Shown here piece after piece: positions 10,460-22,729 of a DNA stretch of 51,742 nucleotides. A model generated the notes under the pieces. The model made no database searches, was not told where the DNA came from, and saw nothing but the letters and a program-made list of their open reading frames with translations. The position numbers were made by a program, and so were the translations under genes. Position 1 is the stretch's first letter; every line of letters starts with the position of its first letter. Source of the stretch: an uncultured Christensenellaceae bacterium (GTDB taxonomy: Bacteria; Bacillota; Clostridia; Christensenellales; SZUA-584). The stretch spans positions 1-51,742 of the forward strand of contig CAZSMH010000002.1 of assembly GCA_964607965.1 (NCBI GenBank), written 5' to 3'.

Positions 10460-11341
10460 TTAATTTTGATCTATTACTAAAGCATAATTGGTCAGTTTCC
10501 ACTTTATCATCAATTCGTCAAAAGTTCCATCCTGTTTCATTTCATTGATAATCGCATCAACAGCCCTGTAAAAAGCCCCGAGCTTATCGCTCACCTCAAC
10601 ACAATATTCATTGGGCATAAAGTAATCAGGTAATAAAATCATTCCCTTTTTACCGAATAACTTAAGCATATTTTCTCCGGCGCATACTCCGTCGATAAAA
10701 CCATTTTGTAAAGCGGCTACTGCCTCGGGATATGATGCATATGTTTTAATATTAACAACGATATCTATAGAGTTAAAATATTCTTCTAGTTTTATTATAT
10801 CATTTCCGATATCCTGTGCCTGCGGTGTGCCGTATATAACGGCGACAGTTCCGCCTTCAAGGCCGCGTATATTTTCAATATGATCATTGGCAACAAGAAC
10901 AGCTGATGCATCCGAATAGTATGATGATGTAAAATTTATTCCGCTCGACTTTATTCCAATGGATGCTGTAAGGGCAAGGTCTATATCCCCGCGCCTTAGC
11001 ATGGCGCTTTTTGTCTTCGAATTTACCTCAATATAGTTTACAATAATGCCCTCTTTAAACAAACGGTTTACTATTTCATCTGCCACATCCTTCTCATAAC
11101 CTTCAAATTCGGATGTTTGAGCATTATAGCTGCAAATCGATCCAAGGTCGCTCCTAAGGCCAATATTTATCATACCTTTGGATAATACCGAGTTTACAGC
11201 ATCAGAGGTTTCGGCCTTTTTACCCAGCGCCGATAAAACGGCAAATATTACTGAGAGAACAACAACGACGGAAATTACAATAATAACTATTCTTATATGT
11301 TTTTGCTTAAGGAGCCATAAACGTCTTTTCCTGTATCTCAA
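10460..11341 (-). CDS. Membrane-anchored amino-acid-type solute-binding protein (SBP_bac_3-like)
   Basis: An N-terminal TM anchor is followed by a periplasmic-binding-protein type II fold pattern. The start is TTG with AGGGGA upstream. It lies 18 nt upstream of nadE. Confidence 0.72.
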   Translation of the reverse strand: MRYRKRRLWLLKQKHIRIVIIVISVVVVLSVIFAVLSALGKKAETSDAVNSVLSKGMINIGLRSDLGSICSYNAQTSEFEGYEKDVADEIVNRLFKEGIIVNYIEVNSKTKSAMLRRGDIDLALTASIGIKSSGINFTSSYYSDASAVLVANDHIENIRGLEGGTVAVIYGTPQAQDIGNDIIKLEEYFNSIDIVVNIKTYASYPEAVAALQNGFIDGVCAGENMLKLFGKKGMILLPDYFMPNEYCVEVSDKLGAFYRAVDAIINEMKQDGTFDELMIKWKLTNYALVIDQN

Positions 11342-11355
11342 AACAATTCCCCTGA

Positions 11356-11387
11356 TTAAAATACGGGGAGGTTATTAAGCCTCCCCG
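11356..11387 (-). terminator. Strong intrinsic terminator (CGGGGAGG-N8-CCTCCCCG plus U-tract)
   Basis: A perfect 8-bp GC-rich stem at 11364-11371/11380-11387 is followed on the minus strand by UAUUUUAAU. It lies about 215 nt after the gyrA stop and about 10 nt before the SBP RBS. Confidence 0.75.
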
Positions 11388-11551
11388 AATCCGGCATATT
11401 CCTTCAATAATCCAAGAGCCCCCTCTACGCGCTGCAAACCAAAACTAATACCGGAAGAAGGAATACGCATATTTGTCCCGGTCTCTTTAAGAATACCACC
11501 GTGATACAAATTATTTACACGCATTGTACAACATATGGTATACATTTGCAA
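11388..11551 (-). promoter_or_regulatory. Candidate sigma-A promoter plus structured 5' leader of unknown class
   Basis: On the minus strand the elements are TTGCAA (11546-11551), a 17-nt spacer and TACAAT (11523-11528). A 12-bp long-range helix pairs 11457-11468 with 11394-11405. The leader ends in the terminator listed above. Confidence 0.4.
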
Positions 11552-11601
11552 GAGCCTCCACAAAAAATATGTATTCCTTTTTACTGTTTGCAAAAAGGGG
11601 T

Positions 11602-14043
11602 TCAATTTTCGACGTCATTCTCGTCATCATCCGGATTAACTAGCGCAGCGGATACTACGCTGGTATCTTCATCCACATTCATTAAACGAACGCCCTGTGT
11701 ATCCCTGCCGAAAACAGATATCTCACTTACTTTTGTACGTATTATAATACCCGCATCATTAATAAGCATCAGATCTTCGTTTCCCTCTACAACGCCGATT
11801 GCGCATAAATCGCCTGTTTTTTCTGTTATGTTCAGCGTTTTTATGCCTATGCCGCCTCTCCTCTGAAGCTTGTATTCTGATACAGGGGTACGTTTACCAT
11901 AACCGTTTTGAGTTATTACAAGCACATCGCAGTCTTTCTTCACTACGCTTGCGCCGACAACGCTGTCTTTATCACGCAGAGTTACAGCTTTAACGCCTAT
12001 AGCCGTTCGCCCCATATCTCTAACATCTTCTTCGGAAAACTTAATGGACATTCCTTTTGTGGTACCCACAATTATCTCATCGCTGCCGCTTGTTAAAAGA
12101 ACTCCTATCAGTTCATCGCCGTCCCTTAAACCGACTGCAATAAGCCCCGACTGACGGATATTTTTAAATGCGCTTACTGATGTTTTTTTAATAATGCCGT
12201 TCTTTGTAACCATAGTAAGCATTGTGTCCTCATCTGTTTCCATAACCGGAAATACGGCTGACACTTTCTCGCCTGCATCAAGTGACAGAAGATTGACTAT
12301 TGCTATACCTTTGGCTGTCCGTCCCGTTTCAGGTAACGCGTAGCATTTGCGCCTGTATACTTTGCCCATATTCGTAAAGAACAGAAGCTGACTGTGCGTA
12401 GACGTTATCAACACATGCTCGGCGAAGTCCTCTTCGCGTGCTGTTAATCCTGTAATGCCTCTTCCGCCGCGTTTTTGAGTGCGGTACGCATCGGAGCGTA
12501 TTCGTTTTATGTATCCGAAATGAGTAAGCGTAACTACCATCTCTTCTTCCTGAATAAGTTCGTCAAGGTCGATGTCATCCGCAGAAAAAGTAATTTCTGT
12601 CCTGCGGTCGTCAGCGTATTTCTGTTTTACCTCAAGCAGTTCCTGTTTTATAATATCCAGCACCATCTGCGGGGTATTGAGAACCTGGTTCAAATACGCA
12701 ATACGCTCTATAAGCTTTTCGTATTCGCTTTGTATTTTATCTCTTTCAAGCCCTGTAAGCCTTTGCAGGCGCATGTCAAGTATAGCCTGCGCTTGTTTAT
12801 CGCTCAAAGCAAAACGAGTCATTAAAGAGTCTTTTGCGGTGGGCACATCGGGAGATTTCTTGATAAGCTCGACAATTTCGTCAATGTTGTCAAGAGCAAT
12901 GATAAGGCCTTCAAGTATATGTGCGCGTGCTTTGGCTTTTTCAAGCTCGTGCTTTGTGCGCCGTACAACTATGTCTTTCTGGTGCTCAACATAGTGAAAT
13001 AAAAGCTCCTTTAAGTTTAAAACCTTAGGTTCTCCGTCTACAAGAGCCAGCATTATAACCCCAAAGGTATCCTGCATCTGTGTGTGCTTATATAAACGGT
13101 TTAGAACAACATTAGCGTTAACGTCTCTTTTCAGTTCAATAACTATACGCATACCGCTTTTGTCGCTTTCATCGCGAATATCTGATATGCCATCTAAATT
13201 CTTGTCCTGCACAAGCTCTGCTATACGTGAAATCAGCGCCGCTTTGTTGACTTGATAAGGCAGCTCAGTTACTATAATGCGCTGCCTTCCCGCTTTGAAC
13301 TCTTCTATTTCGGCACGGGCGCGTACGCAGATTTTGCCCCGTCCGGTATGATATGCCGAAGTTATGCCTGAGGTGCCCATTACAATGCCGCCTGTAGGGA
13401 AATCCGGTCCCTTTACATATTGCATAAGCGAATCTATGTCCGCATCAGCATCGTCAATAAGGCAGACAACCGCGTCAATAACTTCAGCAAGGTTATGAGG
13501 CGGTATATTGGTAGCCATGCCGACGGCTATTCCTCCCGTGCCGTTTACAAGAAGGTTAGGGAATTTTGCCGGTAGCACGGTCGGCTGCATAAGTGTCTCG
13601 TCAAAGTTCGGCATAAAATCTACCGTATCTTTTTCTATATCGCGCAGCAATTCCATTGCAATGGGAGAAAGGCGCGCTTCCGTATAACGCATTGCCGCGG
13701 GAGCATCGCCGTCTACACTTCCGAAGTTTCCGTGACCGCTGACTAAAAGGTGCCTTGTTGAAAAATCCTGCGCCATGCGTACCATAGCCATATATACCGC
13801 AGAATCACCGTGAGGATGATATTTGCCCAAAACATCGCCCACAATGCGCGCACTTTTACGGAAAGGCTTGTCCGGAGAAAGTGACAGCTCGCTCATAGAA
13901 TAAAGAATACGGCGGTGTACAGGTTTTAATCCGTCGCGTACGTCAGGCAGCGCACGGTTTATAATAACAGCCATCGCATATGATATAAACGATGTTCTCA
14001 TTTCTTTTTCTATATCTATAGGTAAAATTGATTTTCTTTCCAT
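11602..14043 (-). CDS. gyrA: DNA gyrase subunit A
   Basis: The 813-aa protein has the AAMRYTE catalytic-Tyr region, a GyrA-box (QKRGGRGI) and an acidic tail. It directly follows gyrB. Confidence 0.97.
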   Translation of the reverse strand: MERKSILPIDIEKEMRTSFISYAMAVIINRALPDVRDGLKPVHRRILYSMSELSLSPDKPFRKSARIVGDVLGKYHPHGDSAVYMAMVRMAQDFSTRHLLVSGHGNFGSVDGDAPAAMRYTEARLSPIAMELLRDIEKDTVDFMPNFDETLMQPTVLPAKFPNLLVNGTGGIAVGMATNIPPHNLAEVIDAVVCLIDDADADIDSLMQYVKGPDFPTGGIVMGTSGITSAYHTGRGKICVRARAEIEEFKAGRQRIIVTELPYQVNKAALISRIAELVQDKNLDGISDIRDESDKSGMRIVIELKRDVNANVVLNRLYKHTQMQDTFGVIMLALVDGEPKVLNLKELLFHYVEHQKDIVVRRTKHELEKAKARAHILEGLIIALDNIDEIVELIKKSPDVPTAKDSLMTRFALSDKQAQAILDMRLQRLTGLERDKIQSEYEKLIERIAYLNQVLNTPQMVLDIIKQELLEVKQKYADDRRTEITFSADDIDLDELIQEEEMVVTLTHFGYIKRIRSDAYRTQKRGGRGITGLTAREEDFAEHVLITSTHSQLLFFTNMGKVYRRKCYALPETGRTAKGIAIVNLLSLDAGEKVSAVFPVMETDEDTMLTMVTKNGIIKKTSVSAFKNIRQSGLIAVGLRDGDELIGVLLTSGSDEIIVGTTKGMSIKFSEEDVRDMGRTAIGVKAVTLRDKDSVVGASVVKKDCDVLVITQNGYGKRTPVSEYKLQRRGGIGIKTLNITEKTGDLCAIGVVEGNEDLMLINDAGIIIRTKVSEISVFGRDTQGVRLMNVDEDTSVVSAALVNPDDDENDVEN

Positions 14044-14056
14044 TTTTATATGCTCC

Positions 14057-15970
<1,914 letters not shown>

Positions 15971-16046
15971 TTAGTAAAAACTTGTTATATTAACGGTTTG
16001 CTTTCGCAGCTACCGCAGTTTTCTTAAAATTTAAACAAATAAAAAA

Positions 16047-16298
16047 TTATTGTTTTTGTTTGGAACGTTTATAAAGCGTTGACGGTGATATGGGTGAATA
16101 ATAGATGAAATCTTTTTTTAAAAACCGCGCAATAACCACAGATTTTATATTAAATTCTTCAATATAAAAAGTATGCGCGCAATCGCTTAGTTTTTTTAAA
16201 AAAGCGTTCGTATCGTTATTTACCATTGCTTCTTTATAATCAAGTATAAGCACAATATCTTTAAGAGGCACCATCGCATCTTTGCCTATATGAAGCAT
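16047..16298 (-). CDS. remB: DUF370 protein, RemB/YaaB-like
   Basis: The 83-aa protein has the IYYSPISPSTL motif typical of RemA/RemB. It occupies the conserved position immediately upstream of gyrB, with GGAGG upstream. Confidence 0.8.
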   Translation of the reverse strand: MLHIGKDAMVPLKDIVLILDYKEAMVNNDTNAFLKKLSDCAHTFYIEEFNIKSVVIARFLKKDFIYYSPISPSTLYKRSKQKQ

Positions 16299-16519
16299 TT
16301 AAATTCGTCCTCCGGTCGAGTATCATTTGTATGTTAGCATATTGCGTTTTTTAATTTAACAAACCAAATCTACAATATTATATATATTATAGTCTATATG
16401 AGAGAATTTTAAAAGCAAAAAGTAATATTTACGCTGCATAATATGTTGCTTAAAGGCTATGTTGCGCAAGAGTAAAAAAAAAGATATACTGCTTTTATAT
16501 CGTATGCTAGGAGTTAACA

Positions 16520-19500
16520 ATGACACAGGTAAGACGCATATTTGTGGAAAAAAAAGACGGATTTGACGTTGCGGCGAAACGAGCTCTCGCAGACTTTCGG
16601 TCTATATTGGGAAAAACGGAGCTTAAGGGTGTTCGAATGCTTATCCGTTATGACATAGAGGGGCTTGATGATATAAGTTTTCAATCCGTTTTAGGAACCG
16701 TGTTTTCGGAACCGGCAGTTGACATTGTTCACTTTGATAATGTTGAAACAGAAGAAAGCGACATTGTTTTTGCGGTAGAGTTTCTGCCCGGCCAGTACGA
16801 CCAGCGCGCAGACAGCGCAGCCCAATGTACCGAGCTGGCCGTGCGCTGCGCAAGGCCTATTGTAAAATGCGCAAATGTATACGTGTTAAGCGGTATCAGC
16901 CCCGCCGATGCTTTGGATATAAAAAATTACGTCATAAACCCGGTAGACTCGCGGGAAGCTTCACCTAAGCTGCCAAACACGCTGTATGAAGTGCTGTCTG
17001 AACCTGTGGATGTGCCTGTAATCAACGGCTTTTGTACGCTTAATGAAAACGGCTTAAAAGATGTAATAAACAGCTATGCGCTTGCTATGAGTTATGAGGA
17101 TATTAAATTTGTACAGGCTTATTATCGTGATGACGAGCAGAGGGACCCCACGCTTGCGGAAATCCGGGTTATAGATACATACTGGTCTGACCATTGCCGC
17201 CATACTACATTTTTAACTAAGCTGTCTTCCGTTACGTTTGACGAAACTGCCCAAAACGTAAAAGCGGTATACGGGGAATATATAAAAGCAAGAGAAAAAA
17301 CAGGCAGTAAAAAAGATATCTGTTTTATGGATATTGCCACACTTTATGCTAAGGAAGCTAAGCAAAAAGGCTTGATGAAGGATTTTGACGAATCCGACGA
17401 AATAAACGCATGTTCAATCCGGCAGAAAATAACCGTTGACGGCAAACAGCGCGATTATCTTATTATGTTTAAAAACGAAACGCACAACCACCCTACAGAA
17501 ATTGAGCCTTTCGGCGGTGCGGCTACTTGTCTTGGCGGCGCTATACGTGATCCTCTCTCGGGCAGGAGTTATGTTTATCATGCTATGCGAGTTACCGGAA
17601 GCGGAGACCCGCGCGAGGCGATAGCAGACACCATGCCGGGCAAGCTGCCTCAGCGGAAAATATGCAGAGACGCGGCTGCGGGATATTCGTCTTACGGTAA
17701 CCAGATTGGGCTTGCCACCGGGCTTGTGGATGAGATCTATCACCCGGGTTATAAGGCGAAACGTATGGAGATAGGCGCGGTTGTAGGCGCTGCGCCGGCT
17801 GAAAATGTGGTGAGAGAAAAACCGCAGCCGGGAGATTTGATACTTCTGCTCGGCGGCGCAACCGGCAGGGACGGCTGCGGCGGCGCAACCGGCTCGTCCA
17901 AAGCGCATGATAAGCAGTCTATTGATACTTGCGGAGCAGAGGTGCAAAAGGGAGATCCTTTAACTGAACGTAAACTTCAGCGTCTTTTCAGAAACAGTGA
18001 TTTTTCAAGGCGCGTAAAACGCTGCAACGATTTCGGCGCAGGAGGCGTCTGTGTTGCGATTGGCGAACTTGCGGACGGGGTTTGCGTTAATCTTGATATG
18101 GTACGCAAAAAATACGAAGGGCTCTCTGGCATAGAGCTTGCAATATCCGAAAGCCAGGAGAGAATGGCGGTTGTTATTGATCCTAAGGACCTGGACGCAG
18201 TATTATGCCTTGCGGCAAAAGAAAACCTTCATGCGGCGCAGGTTGCAAAAGTAACCGACTGCGGACGAATGGAACTTATATGGAGGGGGAACCCTATTGT
18301 ATCAATAAAACGCGAATTTTTAAATACAAACGGTGCAACATCCGCGGCCAGCGCACACGTATCCGGGCTTGAATATTTTGGGTTGTTTGAAGAGCCGTTT
18401 TCGGGGAGCCTTTCGGACAGGCTTTGCGCAATGTTTGCCGATCTTAATATATGCTCTAAAAAAGGGCTTATTGAGATGTTTGATTCAACAATAGGCGCGT
18501 CTTCTGTGAATATGCCTCTTGGCGGGAGAAATCAGCTTACTCCAATACAGGCAATGGCCGCAAAAATAGCGGCGGACGGCGACTGTGATGATGCCAGTCT
18601 TTTTTCGTACGGATTTGACCCGTATATGATGGAAAAGAATCCGTTTATAGGCGCAGTTTACTCGGTGGTGCTGTCTCTGGCAAAACTGACCGCATCTGGC
18701 GGAGACATAAGCAGGGCATGGCTTACTCTGCAGGAGTATTTTGAGCGGATGACAGACGAAAAAAGCTGGGGAAAACCTCTTGCGGCGCTGCTTGGCGCAT
18801 GGTGGGCGCAGCGCAGCTTGAAAACGCCCGCAATAGGCGGAAAAGACTCTATGTCAGGCACGTTTGAAGATATACATGTGCCGCCCACTCTTGTCTCGTT
18901 CGCGCTGTGTACACAAAAAGCAGCCGGCATAATATCTCCCGAGTTCAAAAAAGAAGGAAGCGGTATATACCGGCTGTGCATAAAGCGTGATGAAAACGGC
19001 ATGCCGTGTTTTGGGAGCATAAAAGAACAATATGCCAAAGTGCTTGAGGGCATAGGCAACGGCAGTATAATTTCTGCCTGCGCAGTGGAACGCGGAGGCG
19101 TACTTGCGGCCATAGCGAAAATGGCTCTCGGCAACGAAATAGGTGCAATAATTGACAAGGGCGAACTTGATGAAATGTCACGCAAAGCATACGGTGATAT
19201 TATAGTTGAGGGTAACAATCTTGATTTCGAGCGTATAGGCACAACAGGCGGTGATTCGATTGAATTTGGCGGCGAATCTGTATCTCTTGCGAAACTGCGC
19301 GAAGTATATGAAGGCACATTATCGGGTGTCTATTCGTTGCATGCCAAATCGGAAGGCAGCGCGCCGGATAAGCTATTTTATGCTAAAAATATAAGTGTTT
19401 ATTCGGGCAAAAAAGCGAAACCGCGGATATTAATACCGGTGTTTCCCGGCACTAACTGCGAATACGATTCTGCAAATGCCTTTAAACGCGCCGGTGGTAT

Positions 19501-20209
19501 TACCGAAACCTTTGTAATAAGAAATTTAAGCGCAAAGGATATCGAGTACAGCGTGTCAGAACTATCAATGCTTATCAATAACAGCCAGATACTGTTCTTC
19601 CCGGGCGGCTTTTCGGGAGGTGACGAACCGGACGGCTCAGGCAAGTTTATTGCGGCGCTAATACGTGAGCCCCGCGTTGCGGATGCTGTGCATAATCTGC
19701 TTTACAGGGACGGGCTGATACTCGGCATATGCAACGGATTTCAGGCGCTGATAAAGCTAGGGCTTGTGCCGTACGGCGAAATACGCGATATGCGTCCGGA
19801 TAGTCCTACTCTGACATTTAATCATATAGGGCGTCACGTATCCAAAACGGTGCGGACGCGCATATCGTCAAGCGCGTCGCCATGGTTTTACTTGTGCAGT
19901 TTGGGGGATATTCACACAGTGGCAGTATCGCACGGCGAAGGGCGCTTTTCAGCAACAACTGATGAAGCACAGTCACTTCTCGACAAAGGCCAGATTGCTA
20001 CCCAGTATGTTGACGAAGCGGGCATTCCGACAATGGGGAAAGGCAACCCTAACGGTTCTTTATTTGCCGTAGAAGGACTGTTTTCACCCGACGGGCGGAT
20101 ATTAGGAAAAATGGCTCATTCCGAAAGGTACACTTCAAATACTTTGAAAAACGTGCCGGGAGAAAAGAATCAGCGAATTTTTGAGAGCGGAGTAAATTAT
20201 TTTCTGTAA
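16520..20209 (+). CDS. purL: Phosphoribosylformylglycinamidine (FGAM) synthase, single-chain large type
   Basis: The 1229-aa protein has an N-terminal PurS-like domain, duplicated AIR-synthase-like domains (NHPTEIEPFGGAATCLGG) and a C-terminal glutaminase (GICNGFQAL, HSER). Confidence 0.95.
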   Translation: MTQVRRIFVEKKDGFDVAAKRALADFRSILGKTELKGVRMLIRYDIEGLDDISFQSVLGTVFSEPAVDIVHFDNVETEESDIVFAVEFLPGQYDQRADSAAQCTELAVRCARPIVKCANVYVLSGISPADALDIKNYVINPVDSREASPKLPNTLYEVLSEPVDVPVINGFCTLNENGLKDVINSYALAMSYEDIKFVQAYYRDDEQRDPTLAEIRVIDTYWSDHCRHTTFLTKLSSVTFDETAQNVKAVYGEYIKAREKTGSKKDICFMDIATLYAKEAKQKGLMKDFDESDEINACSIRQKITVDGKQRDYLIMFKNETHNHPTEIEPFGGAATCLGGAIRDPLSGRSYVYHAMRVTGSGDPREAIADTMPGKLPQRKICRDAAAGYSSYGNQIGLATGLVDEIYHPGYKAKRMEIGAVVGAAPAENVVREKPQPGDLILLLGGATGRDGCGGATGSSKAHDKQSIDTCGAEVQKGDPLTERKLQRLFRNSDFSRRVKRCNDFGAGGVCVAIGELADGVCVNLDMVRKKYEGLSGIELAISESQERMAVVIDPKDLDAVLCLAAKENLHAAQVAKVTDCGRMELIWRGNPIVSIKREFLNTNGATSAASAHVSGLEYFGLFEEPFSGSLSDRLCAMFADLNICSKKGLIEMFDSTIGASSVNMPLGGRNQLTPIQAMAAKIAADGDCDDASLFSYGFDPYMMEKNPFIGAVYSVVLSLAKLTASGGDISRAWLTLQEYFERMTDEKSWGKPLAALLGAWWAQRSLKTPAIGGKDSMSGTFEDIHVPPTLVSFALCTQKAAGIISPEFKKEGSGIYRLCIKRDENGMPCFGSIKEQYAKVLEGIGNGSIISACAVERGGVLAAIAKMALGNEIGAIIDKGELDEMSRKAYGDIIVEGNNLDFERIGTTGGDSIEFGGESVSLAKLREVYEGTLSGVYSLHAKSEGSAPDKLFYAKNISVYSGKKAKPRILIPVFPGTNCEYDSANAFKRAGGITETFVIRNLSAKDIEYSVSELSMLINNSQILFFPGGFSGGDEPDGSGKFIAALIREPRVADAVHNLLYRDGLILGICNGFQALIKLGLVPYGEIRDMRPDSPTLTFNHIGRHVSKTVRTRISSSASPWFYLCSLGDIHTVAVSHGEGRFSATTDEAQSLLDKGQIATQYVDEAGIPTMGKGNPNGSLFAVEGLFSPDGRILGKMAHSERYTSNTLKNVPGEKNQRIFESGVNYFL

Positions 20210-20236
20210 GCGTTCTTGGTTTCTCATAATATGAAT

Positions 20237-20259
20237 AAAGGCAGGTTTCCCTGCCTTTT
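20237..20259. terminator. Bidirectional intrinsic terminator between purL and hpf
   Basis: The hairpin is AAAGGCAGG-tttc-CCTGCCTTT, with A/T runs on both sides, between convergent genes. Confidence 0.7.
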
Positions 20260-20262
20260 AGT

Positions 20263-20787
20263 TCAATCCGCGTCCGGTTCAATAAGCCCTAAATCGCCGT
20301 CGTGGCGCTGATAAAGCACGTTTATCTCATTTGTTTTTGCGTTTCGGAATACAAAAAACTGATGACCTAAAAGTTCCATCTGCATTTTTGCTTCCTCTAT
20401 ATCCATAGGCTTTACAACAAAACGCTTCGTACGGACAATTGCCGGCATTTTTTCAGCAGTATCGTAAATATCGTCTTCTTTAGTGAACGCGCCATCGCGC
20501 AGCCGTCTCTTCAGTGCAGTACGGTGTTTGTGTATTTGCTTTTCAAGCTTTTTTATTACTCCGTCCACCGATGCATACATATCTCCGGTAGATTCTTCCC
20601 CGCGAAGCACAATTCCGTCAAACGGAATCGTAACCTCCACAATATGCCTTGATTTTTGGATAGACATAGTAATCTGCGCTTCAGTATCTTCGTCGAAATA
20701 CCTCTTTAGTTTGGATACTTTTTTTGTTACCAGGTCTTTTAAGTAATCAGAGACCTCCATCCCTTTTCCCGAAATTGTAACGCGCAT
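20263..20787 (-). CDS. hpf: Ribosome hibernation-promoting factor (long HPF)
   Basis: The 174-aa protein has an N-terminal RaiA/S30AE domain and a C-terminal dimerisation domain (KRFVVKPMDIEEA...FFVFRN). Confidence 0.9.
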   Translation of the reverse strand: MRVTISGKGMEVSDYLKDLVTKKVSKLKRYFDEDTEAQITMSIQKSRHIVEVTIPFDGIVLRGEESTGDMYASVDGVIKKLEKQIHKHRTALKRRLRDGAFTKEDDIYDTAEKMPAIVRTKRFVVKPMDIEEAKMQMELLGHQFFVFRNAKTNEINVLYQRHDGDLGLIEPDAD

Positions 20788-20959
20788 ATTGTTTGCCTCC
20801 TCTCTGTGAATTATTGATTCCTGTCATAAAAGGCTGCGCTTATATATATATTTTACCTCCATTCGTATAATGGTAAACAATTGTCTTTGTAACATTATTA
20901 TTCGCCCGTGCTGTCATTTTTTCCTGCTATAAAAAAAGAGGTTATGCAGGTATAATAAT

Positions 20960-21230
20960 ACCGTGCACCCGGTCTTCGACACAACATTACAAGAGGTTTT
21001 ACGGCAGGTTGCTCAGAACAGACTTATCCGAGGCACACGACCGCTTCCGCTTACTGCTGCTCCCGTCAGGGCCTGACAGGGTTCACGGCCGGCCGTTGCA
21101 CGGGGCCCATTCCTCAACGCCCCTTACCATCTCCATACCTTACAATACTATGCCTCAGACCGGGAATCAAACCCTGCTTTAGCGGATTGCAGGTTCAGGG
21201 CACCGCTAGCTCCCCGTCTGGCACGGTAAA
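20960..21230 (-). ncRNA. ffs: Signal recognition particle RNA, long Bacillus/Clostridium type with Alu domain (scRNA)
   Basis: The reverse complement reads CCGTGCCAGACGGGGAGCTAGCGGTGCCCTGAACCTGCAATCCGCTAAAGCAGGG, which is close to the B. subtilis scRNA 5' Alu domain. It also contains a domain IV core, GTCAGGCCCTGACGGGAGCAGCAGTAAG. The 5' CCGTGC and 3' GCACGG ends pair. End positions are accurate to about 5 nt. Confidence 0.85.
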
Positions 21231-21253
21231 CTTTGTTTTTTAGTTTTGCGCGG

Positions 21254-22564
<1,311 letters not shown>

Positions 22565-22570
22565 TTAGAA

Positions 22571-22637
22571 AAGCGGGGGTCTTATTGTCCCCGCTTAAGT
22601 CCTAAGACATATTATCAGAAAAATGTTTGTGAGTCAA
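22571..22637 (-). promoter_or_regulatory. Candidate purA promoter followed by a leader hairpin
   Basis: On the minus strand the promoter is TTGACT (22632-22637), a 17-nt spacer and TAATAT (22609-22614). The hairpin AAGCGGGG-N10-CCCCGCTT (22571-22596) plus UUUUCU lies 30 nt before the purA ATG. Confidence 0.45.
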
Positions 22638-22729
22638 CTTGTACGGCAAAAACAAAATGTTAATAAAACAACAAAACACAGCAATTAACCGGCGCTAATA
22701 ATATCGCACAGGCAGTTAAGGCTGATATC

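Noticed and set aside
11394-11520. A faint resemblance of the gyrA-SBP leader to TPP (GCGTAGAGGGG versus GCGUAGGGA) or ydaO motifs
   Set aside because: The other obligatory elements are absent (CUGAGA and ACCUGAUCUGG for TPP, ACCCGAAUCCGACAGCUAACC for ydaO). The element is therefore reported as unclassified rather than assigned to a class.
16299-16519. A possible purine or ZTP riboswitch, PurBox or oriC in the AT-rich divergent purL/remB spacer
   Set aside because: I could see no purine or ZTP aptamer core sequences and no DnaA boxes. The purL promoter leaves only a leader of about 35 nt.
18658-19317. A 219-aa minus-strand ORF inside purL
   Set aside because: It lies antisense to a continuous 1229-aa FGAM synthase frame and is a Ser/Pro-rich shadow ORF.
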